Below the pieces are notes generated by a model. That model was not told where the DNA came from. It saw only the letters and a program-made list of their open reading frames with translations, and made no database searches. DNA of 63,960 nt, filler included, from Reticulomyxa filosa (taxonomy: Eukaryota > Protista > Foraminifera), in NCBI GenBank assembly GCA_000512085.1. It is 16 parts of 16 records of this genome, joined end to end, with 100 filler letters (N's around TTAATTAATTAA, not from the genome) between each part and the next. Parts side by side here need not be neighbours in the genome. Positions count along the whole stretch, not along the records: positions 62,552 to 63,960 come from ASPP01012692.1; 15 more parts are not named here. One strand, given 5' to 3'. The position numbers and the translations under genes are program-made. This document shows, in pieces, positions 63,649 to 63,960 of this stretch. The number at the start of each line of letters is the position of its first letter. Position 1 is the stretch's first letter.

Positions 63649-63960
63649 TCTCTAAACATGTATCGCCCATTTAATTCCATATCAATTTGGTGTAGAGTAC
63701 AATTAAAACTTTTCTTTGTTTTTTTTTTATAAACAAACAAACAAACAAACAAACAAACTTGGAAGTGTTCCTCTTTTTTTTCTTCCGTTTTCTATTTTTT
63801 ATTTTTTTTATTTTTTCCAATGTGTGGTCTTTTCTTTCTGTTGTTTAATATAAGTATCTTTGTTTTTTTTTTTTTTTTTTTTTTTTTGGGTTCCCCACCC
63901 ATGTGTCAGCGATTGGAGGATGCAACGCAAGAGATATGTGAATAGCAAACAAGGTGTGAT

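Overview
This is AT-rich, intron-containing eukaryotic genomic DNA and not one continuous locus. It consists of 16 short contigs joined by 15 artificial 100-nt spacers (44 N + TTAATTAATTAA + 44 N), so gene order across spacers is not evidence of linkage. Three things point to a foraminiferan, most like Reticulomyxa (inference): a highly divergent type-2 beta-tubulin, expanded WD40/Kelch families with many pseudogenes, and caspase-like genes. Recognisable genes, many partial, are acylamino-acid-releasing enzyme, beta-tubulin, a dual-specificity phosphatase, a formin, an MCP1-like membrane protein, RBBP5/SWD1, TAF12, a TBC RabGAP, a COMMD3-like protein, Rab1, a cytochrome P450, GPCR-like 7TM proteins and a UPRT-like domain. 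Mobile DNA includes a decayed Ty3/gypsy element and two copies of an internally deleted Tc1-like transposon. The most interesting signals are: (1) a recurrent gene cassette (short exon 1 plus a phase-0 ~102-nt exon encoding a W-x-R...W-x-x-D...Y helical module) found 4 times, three times ahead of WD40 repeats and once apparently spliced onto an OAS/CD-NTase-like domain whose catalytic Asp pair is Asn; (2) two paralogous caspase-like proteases (D-x-C-R-G), one with a PB1-like N-terminus; (3) a formin with no FH1, a substituted actin-binding Ile and a C-terminal RPEL motif. All calls come from manual translation and motif recognition; no searches were run.
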